Of a stretch of 64,000 nucleotides of DNA, positions 16,828 to 27,963 are shown in pieces. Location of the stretch: positions 2,319-66,318 of the forward strand of contig JAJEFE010000111.1 of assembly GCA_022820625.1 (NCBI GenBank), in the 5' to 3' direction. Origin of the DNA: Gammaproteobacteria bacterium (GTDB taxonomy: Bacteria; Pseudomonadota; Gammaproteobacteria; Steroidobacterales; Rariloculaceae). Numbering within the stretch: the stretch's first letter is position 1; every line of letters starts with the position of its first letter. The notes under the pieces are model-generated. The model did not search any database, was not told the DNA's origin, and saw only the letters and a list, made by a program, of their open reading frames with translations. The position numbers and the translations under genes were made by a program.

Positions 16828-18246
16828 CTACTCGAAAATCGTGAGCGCCTCCGACATGCCCATGTCCTCCTTCCAGGCCTCGATGAGCGCCTGGAATTCC
16901 GTAACGAGTTCGGGATAGTCGTCCACGAGATTCTGTTCTGCCAGGCGATCGACGGTGACGTCGTAGAGCACCATGTCGCCGGTGTCCGCGTACCAGAGGA
17001 ACTGCCAGCGGTGAGTGCGCACCGAGTACCCCTCGGCGCGTTCCCCCATGGGCGTGGTCGTCGAACGCCGGTTGTCGGTATACCCGACGAGATGCGTGCG
17101 CTCCGGCATCGAGCGCCCCTCGATCAACGGCAGCAGGGAGTAACCGGGCAGTCCCTGCGGGATTTCGACGCCCGCGAGGTCCAGAATCGTCGGGAAGATG
17201 TCCATGGAAGAGACCAGGCTTGACGTATTGAACGAGTGGCGCAGGCGGTCCTTCCAATAGAAGACCAGGGGCGAGCGGAAGGACTGGTCGTAGAGCCCGT
17301 TCTTGCCGAGCGGCCCACCGTTGCCGAGCAGGTGATCGGTGGCGACTGTCGAGTCCTCGTGATGCTTGTACTCGACATTGGCGTCCTGTTCCCAGCCGTT
17401 GTCGCTGATGTATACGAAGAGCGTGTCGTCCATGAGCCCGTGGCTCTCGATGTGGTCCAGCAGCCGGCCTACGCCGTCGTCCCACCAGGTCACATTGGAG
17501 TAGTAGAGTTTTGCGGACTCCGAGATGTCCTTGTCCTGGTAGTACTTGCGGTAGGTGTATGGCGCGTCGAACGGCACGTGCGGCAGCGAGGGAGCGAACC
17601 AGATGAAGAACGGCTGTTCCCTGTTGCGGTCGATGAAATCGAATACCGGCTCCATCGTCTCGCGCACCAGATCGTTGCCGGCGGCCCCCATCAGTTCCTC
17701 GAAGAAAGTGTCGCCGCCGTAGGCCGACATGTCCCAGCCTTCGCTCATGCCTTCGGAGAAGTGGCCGTTGCGATAGTTGTTCTCCCACCATTTGCCGCCC
17801 TGCCAACTGACGTAGCCGGCCTCGCCGAGCAGCTTCGGCAGCGTGTCGAATTCGCGCATGGCCGCGGCCTTTTCGACCTGGTCCCAGAGGCCCCTCCGCA
17901 CGCTATCGAACGAGGCGTAGTCGGCGTCTTCGCTTCGCCGCCGTTCGACAATCTCGGTTTCGCGCTGAACGTATTGCACCGGGTGTAGGCCAGTGATCAG
18001 CGTGCGCAGGGACGGGCGGCAATAGGTCGCCGTGACGTGGGCGTGAGAGAATGTCACGCCGCCCGCGGCGAGCGCGTCCATCGAGGGGGTGACGACATTC
18101 TCGTCGCCCATGAATCCGAAATAGGGATAGCCGTGATCGTCACCCACGAGCAATACGATATTGGGTGGTCTCTGGGCGATTGCGGCGCCGCAGGCGAAGA
18201 CAAGCACAACGAGTAAGAGCCGATGGATACGCAGCACGCGGTTCAT
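16828..18246 (-). CDS. Sulfatase (formylglycine-type fold) with non-canonical C-R-P-S-L-R maturation motif
   Basis: PPNIVLLVGDDHGY metal site. The motif ATYCRPSLRTLITG keeps sulfatase spacing but has Leu where the CxPxR Arg is expected. ISDNGW. ATG at 18246 is preceded by GGAGG, 25 nt after the GH13 stop. The TTG at 18291 in the ORF track would overlap the GH13 gene. Confidence 0.85.
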   Translation of the reverse strand: MNRVLRIHRLLLVVLVFACGAAIAQRPPNIVLLVGDDHGYPYFGFMGDENVVTPSMDALAAGGVTFSHAHVTATYCRPSLRTLITGLHPVQYVQRETEIVERRRSEDADYASFDSVRRGLWDQVEKAAAMREFDTLPKLLGEAGYVSWQGGKWWENNYRNGHFSEGMSEGWDMSAYGGDTFFEELMGAAGNDLVRETMEPVFDFIDRNREQPFFIWFAPSLPHVPFDAPYTYRKYYQDKDISESAKLYYSNVTWWDDGVGRLLDHIESHGLMDDTLFVYISDNGWEQDANVEYKHHEDSTVATDHLLGNGGPLGKNGLYDQSFRSPLVFYWKDRLRHSFNTSSLVSSMDIFPTILDLAGVEIPQGLPGYSLLPLIEGRSMPERTHLVGYTDNRRSTTTPMGERAEGYSVRTHRWQFLWYADTGDMVLYDVTVDRLAEQNLVDDYPELVTEFQALIEAWKEDMGMSEALTIFE

Positions 18247-18271
18247 CTCGGACCTCCGAATTCGCGGCGCT

Positions 18272-20986
18272 TTATTCCGGCGCCAGTTCAAGCAGCGCGT
18301 CGTCCAGGATCTTCGGATCGCCGGGCTCGCCGCCGCTGAAAAACCAATCAGCGGGCTCGGACCGGAAGTCGATATAGTCGCCTTCGGCCGTAGCCGACCA
18401 TGTGGTCACGTAGACACGGCTTCCCGTCCAATCGTCGACTCCGAGCGCGTCGCCTTCGTAGAACAGGGTGATGGAGCGGCTGTCCCGATCGGCGCTCACC
18501 CGGGGAGAAACGCCCAGCTTGTCGCCCTGGCGGTTTGCGTCGCTGCCCGATGCGAGATAGGTATAGCTGTCCCAGCCACGGGCGAAGTGCGCAAGATCCC
18601 AATCCATCGATTCGGGCGCGCTGGCGTCGAGCAAGGGCAGCACTGTTGCGCCTTCCCGGTCCGGCAGGTCGAAAAACGTGGTCAGCAGAACATTGTCGAA
18701 ACCGTAGGGCGGCAACCAGGGCGTGGTGATTTCCGCCATGGTCAGGGTAAGTTCGAGGTTGCGTCCGGCGGTTCGCGCGCTCAAGGACTCGATCTCGCGC
18801 TGACGCGCGCTGTCGGGGTGCTGCGGTCTCACATATTGCCCGGTCGGGCCGTAGGCATCGTCCGGATCGTCCGCGACCTCGGCCGACAATACCGCATCCG
18901 CCACTCGAGTCGTGTAGTTGACACGCTCGGACAACCCATCGGATTCCGCCGAGTACACCTGCAGGAAGTGGGACGATTCACCGAGATCGCGAACGGGTAC
19001 TTCGATCCGCCATTCGCCCTGATCGTCCGCGGTGAAATCGGTCGCGCGATCGAAGTTGCCGTTCGGGATCAATTGCAAGGGCGCGTTGTCGCGGCTGACC
19101 CTGCCCGTGAGTTCGAAATCCCCGGTGAAGACGGCGCCTTCGATCCCCGACGAATCCACCACGATGTCAAGGTCCACGGCTGACTCGCCGGACGGCGCCG
19201 TCTCGCCGATGGACCGCAGCACGACAGTCGCCCTCGGCGGCAGCCGCAGACTCAGGCGTCCATCCGCGTCGGTGATTGCGGATTCCGCGGCGGGTTCGGC
19301 GAACAGCGCCTCCAGTCGCTGAAACGGCAGCGCGCCGACTTCGATACGATGGGCGAACGCGGTGTGATTTGCGGTGTTAAGCAAGACGATCACGCTCTCG
19401 CCCTGGTATTCGCGCCGGTAAGCCAGCACACCCGGCCCGGCGGACTCGGACGCCAGCACCTCAAGGCCGCCGCGGACCAGCACGGGATGTTCCGCGCGCA
19501 ACGCGGTCAGCCGCTGAAGGTATCGAAAGTGCTCGGAGTTCTCGTCGAACGACCCTTCGACGTTGCGGTAGCCGCCCGCGAACATTGCCATGCGCGATTC
19601 CGGCAGCGCCTGTTCCGTGCCCTGGTAAACGACGGGGATGCCCGGAATCGTGAACAGCAGCGCCAGCGCCTGGCGGAAAGATGCCGGGTGCCCGGCCGCA
19701 AGGAATCTCGCGGTGTCGTGATTGTCGATGAAGTTCGGAATCGTGAACGGATCCGGGTATAGCTCCATATACCGTTCCAGGCGGTAGCCGAGTGTCGCGG
19801 AAGGCGCGCCCCGGGCCAGGGCCCGGTTGATTTCATGATACAGGGGGTAGCCCAGCATGGAATTCGGGCCCAGCATGCCATCGGTCTCCAGGTACGCAAC
19901 CACCCTGCGTTCCCCTGCGTCGTCGTACGGATCGGACACCGCGGTCGCCTCGCCGAAGGTGAGGAAAAACTCCTTGCCGCGCTCACGGGCATGGGCGTAG
20001 ATGCCGTCGTCGTCGCGCAGGAACCGGTTCCAGAACGGGAACGGAACCAGGGAGACGGTATCCATGCGGAACGCGTCCACTCCCACCTCGTCGATCCAGA
20101 ACTTGTAGATCTCCTTGAACTTGGCGATCACCACGGGGTTTTCGGTGTTGATGTCGCCGACATGCCCGAGCGAGTAGTAGTGCTCCTGCTGGAGGCTGGC
20201 GAAGTCGGTAATCGGCGGGGTCCAGTGGTAGATGTCCGCGGCGTAATGCTCGGGATTGAGCCGGTCGATCTGGTTGAATGGGTATTGCACGGGCGCCGGC
20301 TGGTGGGAGTCCGGCTCCAGCAGGTAGAAACCCGCGGCAGTGTCATCGGGGTCGTATTCGCCTTCGTAGGCGTAGAAATTGCCGACGTGATTGGAGATCG
20401 TGTCCTGGATCAGGTACATCCCGCGGCAGTGCAATTCATGGGACAGGCGCTTGTAGTCGTCGAGCGTACCGTAGTGCGGGTCGACTTCCTGGAAATGCAC
20501 CGGCCAGTAGCCGTGCCAGCCGGTGGCCTGGTACGGCGTGCTCCACCACTGGTTGTAAAAGATCGGCGTAGTCCACACGGCCGTCATGCCGAGCCTGCGC
20601 AGGTAGTCGAGGCGGTCGATCACGCCCTGCAGGTCGCCGCCGCTGAAGTGGCTGGGCTGGCTTGGGTCGTATTCGCCGTAGCCCTGGTCGTTATTGGTTG
20701 GATCGCCGTCGTCGAAGCGGTCGGTCATCAGCATGTAGATGACCTGATCGCGCCAGTCGGGGGATGGCAAGTGCTGCAACTGCCGGTCGCCGGACGCGCA
20801 GGTTCCGGCACGGGCCAGGGCATCGGACGCTTGCGCGATGTTCCCGTCGTTCGGGATCGCGTCGGCGGGTTCCGGCGCCGGCACGCCCGAGCCGCGCTCC
20901 ACTTCGACTTCACCCGGAGAGCACGCCGCCAGTGACAGAAAAACGGTAACGAACAGGGTCTTGCGCATCGTGATCAACAATGACAT
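18272..20986 (-). CDS. GH13 alpha-amylase-family lipoprotein (about 900 aa) with a long C-terminal beta-rich extension
   Basis: Lipobox FLSLAAC. GH13 regions I-IV: YLIQDTISNH, GVDAFRMDTV, FLTFGEA, NFIDNHDTARF. The C-terminal ~350 aa resembles glucodextranase-type C-terminal domains (from memory, unverified). Alternative start at 20968. Confidence 0.85.
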   Translation of the reverse strand: MSLLITMRKTLFVTVFLSLAACSPGEVEVERGSGVPAPEPADAIPNDGNIAQASDALARAGTCASGDRQLQHLPSPDWRDQVIYMLMTDRFDDGDPTNNDQGYGEYDPSQPSHFSGGDLQGVIDRLDYLRRLGMTAVWTTPIFYNQWWSTPYQATGWHGYWPVHFQEVDPHYGTLDDYKRLSHELHCRGMYLIQDTISNHVGNFYAYEGEYDPDDTAAGFYLLEPDSHQPAPVQYPFNQIDRLNPEHYAADIYHWTPPITDFASLQQEHYYSLGHVGDINTENPVVIAKFKEIYKFWIDEVGVDAFRMDTVSLVPFPFWNRFLRDDDGIYAHARERGKEFFLTFGEATAVSDPYDDAGERRVVAYLETDGMLGPNSMLGYPLYHEINRALARGAPSATLGYRLERYMELYPDPFTIPNFIDNHDTARFLAAGHPASFRQALALLFTIPGIPVVYQGTEQALPESRMAMFAGGYRNVEGSFDENSEHFRYLQRLTALRAEHPVLVRGGLEVLASESAGPGVLAYRREYQGESVIVLLNTANHTAFAHRIEVGALPFQRLEALFAEPAAESAITDADGRLSLRLPPRATVVLRSIGETAPSGESAVDLDIVVDSSGIEGAVFTGDFELTGRVSRDNAPLQLIPNGNFDRATDFTADDQGEWRIEVPVRDLGESSHFLQVYSAESDGLSERVNYTTRVADAVLSAEVADDPDDAYGPTGQYVRPQHPDSARQREIESLSARTAGRNLELTLTMAEITTPWLPPYGFDNVLLTTFFDLPDREGATVLPLLDASAPESMDWDLAHFARGWDSYTYLASGSDANRQGDKLGVSPRVSADRDSRSITLFYEGDALGVDDWTGSRVYVTTWSATAEGDYIDFRSEPADWFFSGGEPGDPKILDDALLELAPE

Positions 20987-21017
20987 AGCGGGGTGGCTGG
21001 TTCAAAATTCCTTGCTA

Positions 21018-21031
21018 TGAATACGATTGCA
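21018..21031. promoter_or_regulatory. LacI-type operator candidate TGAATACGATTGCA in the GH13 / alpha-glucosidase divergent region
   Basis: CG-centred 14-mer, 12/14 identical to 39053..39066. It lies in the 188-bp divergent intergenic region. Confidence 0.4.
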
Positions 21032-21068
21032 GCCGTGTCGTGGTTCCGTCGTTTGGCCATAAACTCAA

Positions 21069-21082
21069 CGCGCACGTATTGA
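21069..21082. promoter_or_regulatory. Weaker second operator-like site (reverse complement TCAATACGTGCGCG)
   Basis: 10/14 match to the TGAATACGTATGCA core. One good half-site only. Confidence 0.2.
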
Positions 21083-21174
21083 ATCTTTGCAGGTATGAAC
21101 CAAAGCATGGTCGATAGCCGCCTCGGGAGGTCGCGGGTTGACGGCGCCGGCCGGGCGTTCGGGAGTACTCCAAC

Positions 21175-22806
<1,632 letters not shown>

Positions 22807-22868
22807 GCTGATTCCGTAGCTCGTTCCTGTCCGCAAGCGGCCTTGCCGGCGGAGCAGTACGATCCGCT

Positions 22869-23882
22869 TCAGACCGGGCCGCAGGAATCCCGCACGATCA
22901 GCTCGGGCTGGATGAGTTGCGATTCGACGTAGTCCCCCCGGACCAGCCGCAACAGGGTATCCACCATGACCTCCCCGGCCTTGACAGTATTCTGCCGAAC
23001 GGTTGTCAACGCCGGCGACATGTGCGTCGCGGAGGGAATATTGTCGAACCCGACGATCGACACGTCCTCCGGAATGCTCAGGTTTTCCTTCTGAACGGCA
23101 TGGACAGCGCCGAGCGCGGTCAGGTCGCTGCTGCTGAAGATCGCGCTGAAGCCGTTTCCGCGGGAAAAAAGTTCCCGCGCCGCGAGATGGCCGCTGTGCA
23201 TGGATGAGTGGGACGATGCCTGAAGCTCGGGGTCCACACTCAATCCGGCTTGTAGCAACGCGTCGCAGTATCCGCTGTAGCGGTCCTTGAATTCCGGGCA
23301 GTCATCCGAGATGTCGCCGAGAAAGCCGATGCGGGTATGCCCGAGTTCCAGCAGGTACCGGGTCGCGATGTAGCCGCCACGCCGGTTGTCGCAGCCGACG
23401 AAGTGGCCGGGCTGACCGTCGATGACGGGGCCCCAGGTCAGTACATGGGCATTGTCGAGCAGTTCGATCTTACGGATGTAGTCGGTATAGCCGCCGTAGC
23501 CCAGGAGGATGATGCCTTCTGCCTTGTTGCTGTTCTCGTAGTCGGCGATCCAGTTCTTGCTCAATTGCTGGAATGACAGCAGTACATCGTAGTTTCTCGC
23601 TGCCGCCGCTCTTGTGATGCTGGCCAGCATCGACACGAAGAACGGATTGATGTCGGAGTCCATCCCAGACTCCTCGTGCACCAGCATGGCGATGGTGCGG
23701 CTGTGCTGGGAGCGCAGGTTGCTGGCGCTGCGGTCCACCTTGTAATTGTGTTCCCTGGCGATGCGCTGGATTCTGCGGCGGGTCTCGGGATTGACCAGCG
23801 GGCTCTTGCGCAGGGCGCGCGAAACGGTGGACTGGGAGACGCCCGCCAGTTCAGCTATTTCAAGCGAGGTCACCTTGTGCAT
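22869..23882 (-). CDS. LacI-family transcriptional regulator
   Basis: N-terminal HTH VTSLEIAELAGVSQSTVSRALR plus a periplasmic-binding-protein-like sugar-sensor domain. 337 aa. Confidence 0.9.
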   Translation of the reverse strand: MHKVTSLEIAELAGVSQSTVSRALRKSPLVNPETRRRIQRIAREHNYKVDRSASNLRSQHSRTIAMLVHEESGMDSDINPFFVSMLASITRAAAARNYDVLLSFQQLSKNWIADYENSNKAEGIILLGYGGYTDYIRKIELLDNAHVLTWGPVIDGQPGHFVGCDNRRGGYIATRYLLELGHTRIGFLGDISDDCPEFKDRYSGYCDALLQAGLSVDPELQASSHSSMHSGHLAARELFSRGNGFSAIFSSSDLTALGAVHAVQKENLSIPEDVSIVGFDNIPSATHMSPALTTVRQNTVKAGEVMVDTLLRLVRGDYVESQLIQPELIVRDSCGPV

Positions 23883-23964
23883 GACACGGCCTCATGCCAA
23901 AGCCCAAAGCCTGACGGTAGCAGAATTTCGGCGACAGGTCCCGCATACGCCGGCGTCGTTGGGG

Positions 23965-25563
23965 TTACTCACTGACCAGCATGCCGGTCAGCGTCGGAAC
24001 CTGCTGTACTACCCCCCCGGTTTGGCCGATGTCGAGGTCAAGGCTCGCCTCGCTGAACTGCAACCTGAAGGTGACTACTTGCGGGGTCTCGGTATAGGCA
24101 AGGCGAAATGTGAGTTCATCGGTGCCGACCCAGGCCCCGGCAGCGGCCATGCGGTAACCGTCCGGCTGAGTTTCGCCCAGTAACGATCCGGTGCCCGGTA
24201 GCAGGTCAACGCCAGGAAAAAGGCCTGTGCGGCCAGCGGTCCAGGTTCCGGAGCCGACAGCGATCTCGTGGGCGCCGGTCTGCGTCGTGAAGATGGCCAT
24301 GGTCCGACCGCCCTGGTTGCGCAGGGTCAGCGCGTCGATGCCGAACTCGTTGTCCTCGAATTGCCAGGCGTGCCCCAGCCATTTCCGGCCTTCCTCTCCG
24401 ACCTGGTCGCCGGCCGGCATACGGATCGACAGGTTGTTCAATTGCTCGTGAAGGCGCTCGACTTCAGCCGGATTCTCTCGTAGCGGCTCCCCTTGCATGG
24501 CGGGCAACAAGCGGTCCCAGACGATACTCATGATGCGCCCCATGTCCGGCGTACCGCTGGTAATGGCGACAACGGCGTTCTGCTCGGGGAGGACGAGGGC
24601 GAACTGGCCGGCGGCGCCGTCGCCGCGGTAGCCGTGACGACTGCGCCAGAACTGGTAGCCGTAACCCTGGTCCCAATCGTTGTCGGGATCGCTTCCGCTT
24701 GAGGTCTGCCGGGTGGTCGCCTGAGCCACCCAGTCAGCGGAAAGCAGTTGCCGGCGTTCCCACTCGCCCTCTTGCAGATAGAGTTGCGCGAAGCGGGCGA
24801 TTGACTCCGTTGTCACGCTGAGCCCGAATCCGCCGTGCGCGATGCCCTGGGCGTCATCGCTCCAGGTCGCATCGACGATTTCCAGCGGGTCCAGCAACCG
24901 TGGACGCAGAAATTCCAGCAGATTCTCCCCGGTGATCGTCTGGAGAATTGCCGACAACATGTACGTTGCGGGCGTGTTGTATACGAAGAGGGTACCTGGC
25001 TTGTGGGCCACGGGAAGTTGCAGAAAAGCTTGCGGGAGCGGCGATGCCGAGTCGAATGAGAACGCGCTTAGGTCGTCGCCGTGATGGCCGGTGGACATGG
25101 ACAACAGATCGCGGATGCGCATGGCCTCGAGACGCCAGTCCGGTTCGTCCGGCACCGCATCGGGGAAGAACGATACGACCCTGTCGTCGAGACTTAACCG
25201 TCCCTCGTCGATCGCGATGCCTATGGCGGTCGATGTGAAACTTTTGCTCAGTGAGAGGAGCGTGTGGATGAATTCGGGGCGGTAGGGGTCCCACCAGCCC
25301 TCGGCCACGACGTGACCGTGCCGCAAGACCATCAGGCTGTGAATTTCCTCGATTTCGGTGTCGAGGGCGGTAACGAAATCGGCCACCGCGCCGGAGGCAA
25401 TGCCCTGTTGCTCAGGTGTGCTGCGGGGCAGTTCGGCCGGTGTGGAGACTTGGCCTGTGAGAACCCACAACACGAGGCAGGCGCTCGCTGTCGCCCAGGG
25501 GTGGCGGGTGGCGCTGATCATGATGCGCACCAGTCTACCGGAACGGAATAATCTGCACGACAT
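23965..25563 (-). CDS. Serine hydrolase, beta-lactamase/transpeptidase fold (esterase-like) with a C-terminal extra domain
   Basis: S-x-x-K motif in LLSLSKSFTSTAIGIAIDEG. Secretion signal. An additional C-terminal domain of about 130 aa. Alternative start at 25521. Confidence 0.8.
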   Translation of the reverse strand: MSCRLFRSGRLVRIMISATRHPWATASACLVLWVLTGQVSTPAELPRSTPEQQGIASGAVADFVTALDTEIEEIHSLMVLRHGHVVAEGWWDPYRPEFIHTLLSLSKSFTSTAIGIAIDEGRLSLDDRVVSFFPDAVPDEPDWRLEAMRIRDLLSMSTGHHGDDLSAFSFDSASPLPQAFLQLPVAHKPGTLFVYNTPATYMLSAILQTITGENLLEFLRPRLLDPLEIVDATWSDDAQGIAHGGFGLSVTTESIARFAQLYLQEGEWERRQLLSADWVAQATTRQTSSGSDPDNDWDQGYGYQFWRSRHGYRGDGAAGQFALVLPEQNAVVAITSGTPDMGRIMSIVWDRLLPAMQGEPLRENPAEVERLHEQLNNLSIRMPAGDQVGEEGRKWLGHAWQFEDNEFGIDALTLRNQGGRTMAIFTTQTGAHEIAVGSGTWTAGRTGLFPGVDLLPGTGSLLGETQPDGYRMAAAGAWVGTDELTFRLAYTETPQVVTFRLQFSEASLDLDIGQTGGVVQQVPTLTGMLVSE

Positions 25564-25792
25564 TGGGCAATGGCGGCGGGATCATCGGCAAGGACTGGAG
25601 AATGTCGGCAGAATACACTCTTGGTTGACGGACAATCGCGCCGTTATTGAAAATCATGGGTTATCGGTACAGGGCTACCTCAACCCGATGGATTTTGGAG
25701 TACGCTATGCTCGGCATTCGGCCCGTGGCCTGAATCTCGTGGCGTCGTTGTCCAACCGATGGGGGTCACTCCAATTTCAAGGGAAGCAGCAA

Positions 25793-27871
25793 ATGCCAAC
25801 TTTCTTCCGAGCCGTTGCGTTGGCGGCAGCGCTCTGGACTGCAGCCACAGGCAGCGCGCAGGAGTTTGAAGGCGAACGGTTGCGGTCGCCCGGCGGCGAC
25901 ATCGAAGTGAACGTTTCGGTGTCGGACGGGCGTCTACGATACGCTGTTCATTACCTGGGCGAAGAAATTGTTCGGCCATCGCAGCTTGGTCTGCTTTTTG
26001 AGAGTCGTCACGGCTTCCATGATGGATTGGTTCTGCTGGAGGAGCCTGAACGGCGCAGCGCCGACACGACCTGGGAGCAGCCCTGGGGCGAGAATCGCTT
26101 CGTCCGGGAGCACTACAACGAATTGCTGGTGACCGCCCGGCACGAAGATTCCGGTGCGGTGATCGATATCAGGCTTCGTGCATTCGATGACGGCATCGGG
26201 TTCCGCTACGAGATGCCGGAGCAGCCCGGAATCGAGTCGCTGAACATCGTCAGGGAACTGACGCAGTTTGCCTTGCCGCCCGAAGCGGCCGCATGGTGGA
26301 TTCCGGCGGACCGGACCAATCGATACGAATTGCTCTATCGGCAAACCGGCCTTGAGGAAATCGAACGCGTACACACCCCGGTGACCTTCCGCCTGCCGAG
26401 CGGTACGCACCTGAGCATCCACGAAGCCGCGCTGGTGGATTACTCGGGCATGACGCTCATGCAGGAATACACCGGGGGGTTCCGGGCGGCGTTGCGGCCC
26501 TGGTCGGACGGTGTGCTGGTGAAGACTGCCGTGCCGTTCGTGAGCCCCTGGCGGACCATCCAGATCGCGCCGGATGCGGTTGGCCTGATCAATTCAAACC
26601 TGATCCTCAATCTCAACGAACCCAACAGGCTGGGCGACGTCTCCTGGGTGAAGCCCGGCAAGTACGTCGGCATCTGGTGGGCGATGCATATCAACGAGCG
26701 CACCTGGGGCAGGGACGGGGTTCATGGCGCCACCACCGAAGAAACCATGCGCTACATGGACTTCGCTGCCGAGAATGGCTTCGTCGGCGTGTTGGTAGAG
26801 GGCTGGAACGTGGGATGGGACGGCGACTGGCAGGCGGCCGGCGACCTGTTCAGCTTTACCGAGAGTTATCCCGACTTCGACATCGAGGCGGTGACCCGGT
26901 ACGGGCACGAACTCGGCGTGGAGTTGATCGGACATCACGAGACTTCCGGCAATATCACCAACTACGAGCAGCAATTGGGTGCGGCGTTCGACCTGTACGA
27001 GGAACTGGGCGTGACGCGGGTAAAGACGGGTTACGTTGCCGGCACCTCATGGCTCAAGTGGGTCGACGAGGACGGCGTTCCGCACTACGAGTACCACGAT
27101 GGCCAGTTCGCCGTACAACATCACCTGAAGGTCATCAAGGAGGCCGCCGCGCGGGGCATTTCCATCAATCCCCACGAACCGGTGAAGGATACGGGCCTGC
27201 GGCGAACCTATCCGAACTGGGTCACCCGCGAAGGCGCCCGCGGCCAGGAGTACAACGCCTGGGGTCTGCCGCCCAATCCGCCGGAACACACGACCATATT
27301 GCCGTTCACGCGGATGCTGTCGGGACCCATGGACTTCACGCCGGGAATCTTCGACCTGATGCCCAACGAACGCCCTCCGGTGCGTGAGGACATGCCCAGG
27401 GGGAGCCCGGAAAGCCGCGTGGAAACGACGTTGGCGAAGCAACTGGCGCTGTACGTCATCATTCACAGCCCCATGCAAATGGCCGCCGATCTGCCCGAAA
27501 ACTACGAGTCGCGCCCGGACGCGTTCCAGTTCATCCGCGACGTTCCCGCGGACTGGGGCGAGACTGTCGCGCTGGCGGGGGAGGTGGGCGAATATGTCGT
27601 GATCGCCCGCCGCGAGCGAGGCGGGGACGACTGGTACCTGGGCGCGGTCACGAACGAAGAGGCGCGCGAAGTCGAAGTGGAGCTCTCTTTTCTGAATGCC
27701 GGCGATCCCCACGAAGCGCAACTCTATGTCGATGGGGGCGACGCTCACTGGGAGTCCAACCCGTACTCGATGACCATTGAATCGCGCCAGGTCGCGGCGG
27801 CGGATCGGCTGTCTCTCCAGCTCGCACCGGGTGGCGGCGCGGCCGTCCGGTTGACCCGGGCCGGGCAATAG
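25793..27871 (+). CDS. GH97 glycoside hydrolase (SusB-like alpha-glucosidase family)
   Basis: Signal MPTFFRAVALAAALWTAATGSAQE. GFVGVLVEGWNVGWDGDW, IGHHETSGN, VKTGYV, INPHEPVKDTGLRRTYPNW.TREGARGQEYNAW are characteristic of GH97. ORF-track residues 1-145 (25358..) lack signal and are discarded. Confidence 0.85.
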   Translation: MPTFFRAVALAAALWTAATGSAQEFEGERLRSPGGDIEVNVSVSDGRLRYAVHYLGEEIVRPSQLGLLFESRHGFHDGLVLLEEPERRSADTTWEQPWGENRFVREHYNELLVTARHEDSGAVIDIRLRAFDDGIGFRYEMPEQPGIESLNIVRELTQFALPPEAAAWWIPADRTNRYELLYRQTGLEEIERVHTPVTFRLPSGTHLSIHEAALVDYSGMTLMQEYTGGFRAALRPWSDGVLVKTAVPFVSPWRTIQIAPDAVGLINSNLILNLNEPNRLGDVSWVKPGKYVGIWWAMHINERTWGRDGVHGATTEETMRYMDFAAENGFVGVLVEGWNVGWDGDWQAAGDLFSFTESYPDFDIEAVTRYGHELGVELIGHHETSGNITNYEQQLGAAFDLYEELGVTRVKTGYVAGTSWLKWVDEDGVPHYEYHDGQFAVQHHLKVIKEAAARGISINPHEPVKDTGLRRTYPNWVTREGARGQEYNAWGLPPNPPEHTTILPFTRMLSGPMDFTPGIFDLMPNERPPVREDMPRGSPESRVETTLAKQLALYVIIHSPMQMAADLPENYESRPDAFQFIRDVPADWGETVALAGEVGEYVVIARRERGGDDWYLGAVTNEEAREVEVELSFLNAGDPHEAQLYVDGGDAHWESNPYSMTIESRQVAAADRLSLQLAPGGGAAVRLTRAGQ

Positions 27872-27963
27872 GAGGCCGGTGAGCCATGCCGGACAACGCG
27901 CCCGCCGGACACTCATCGGACAAGCATTCGCGTACGGCCCGCATGCCGGTATAGTGCTGGCGC

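Noticed and set aside
22836-22849. GCAAG-cggc-CTTGC hairpin between the convergent alpha-glucosidase and LacI genes, as a bidirectional terminator.
   Set aside because: Only a 5-bp stem with no flanking T/A tracts. Too weak to call as a terminator from sequence alone.
25358-25792. 145-codon N-terminal extension of the GH97 ORF in the track.
   Set aside because: It overlaps the 5' end of the opposite-strand hydrolase gene. It has no signal peptide or homology-like sequence. A clean signal peptide follows the ATG at 25793.
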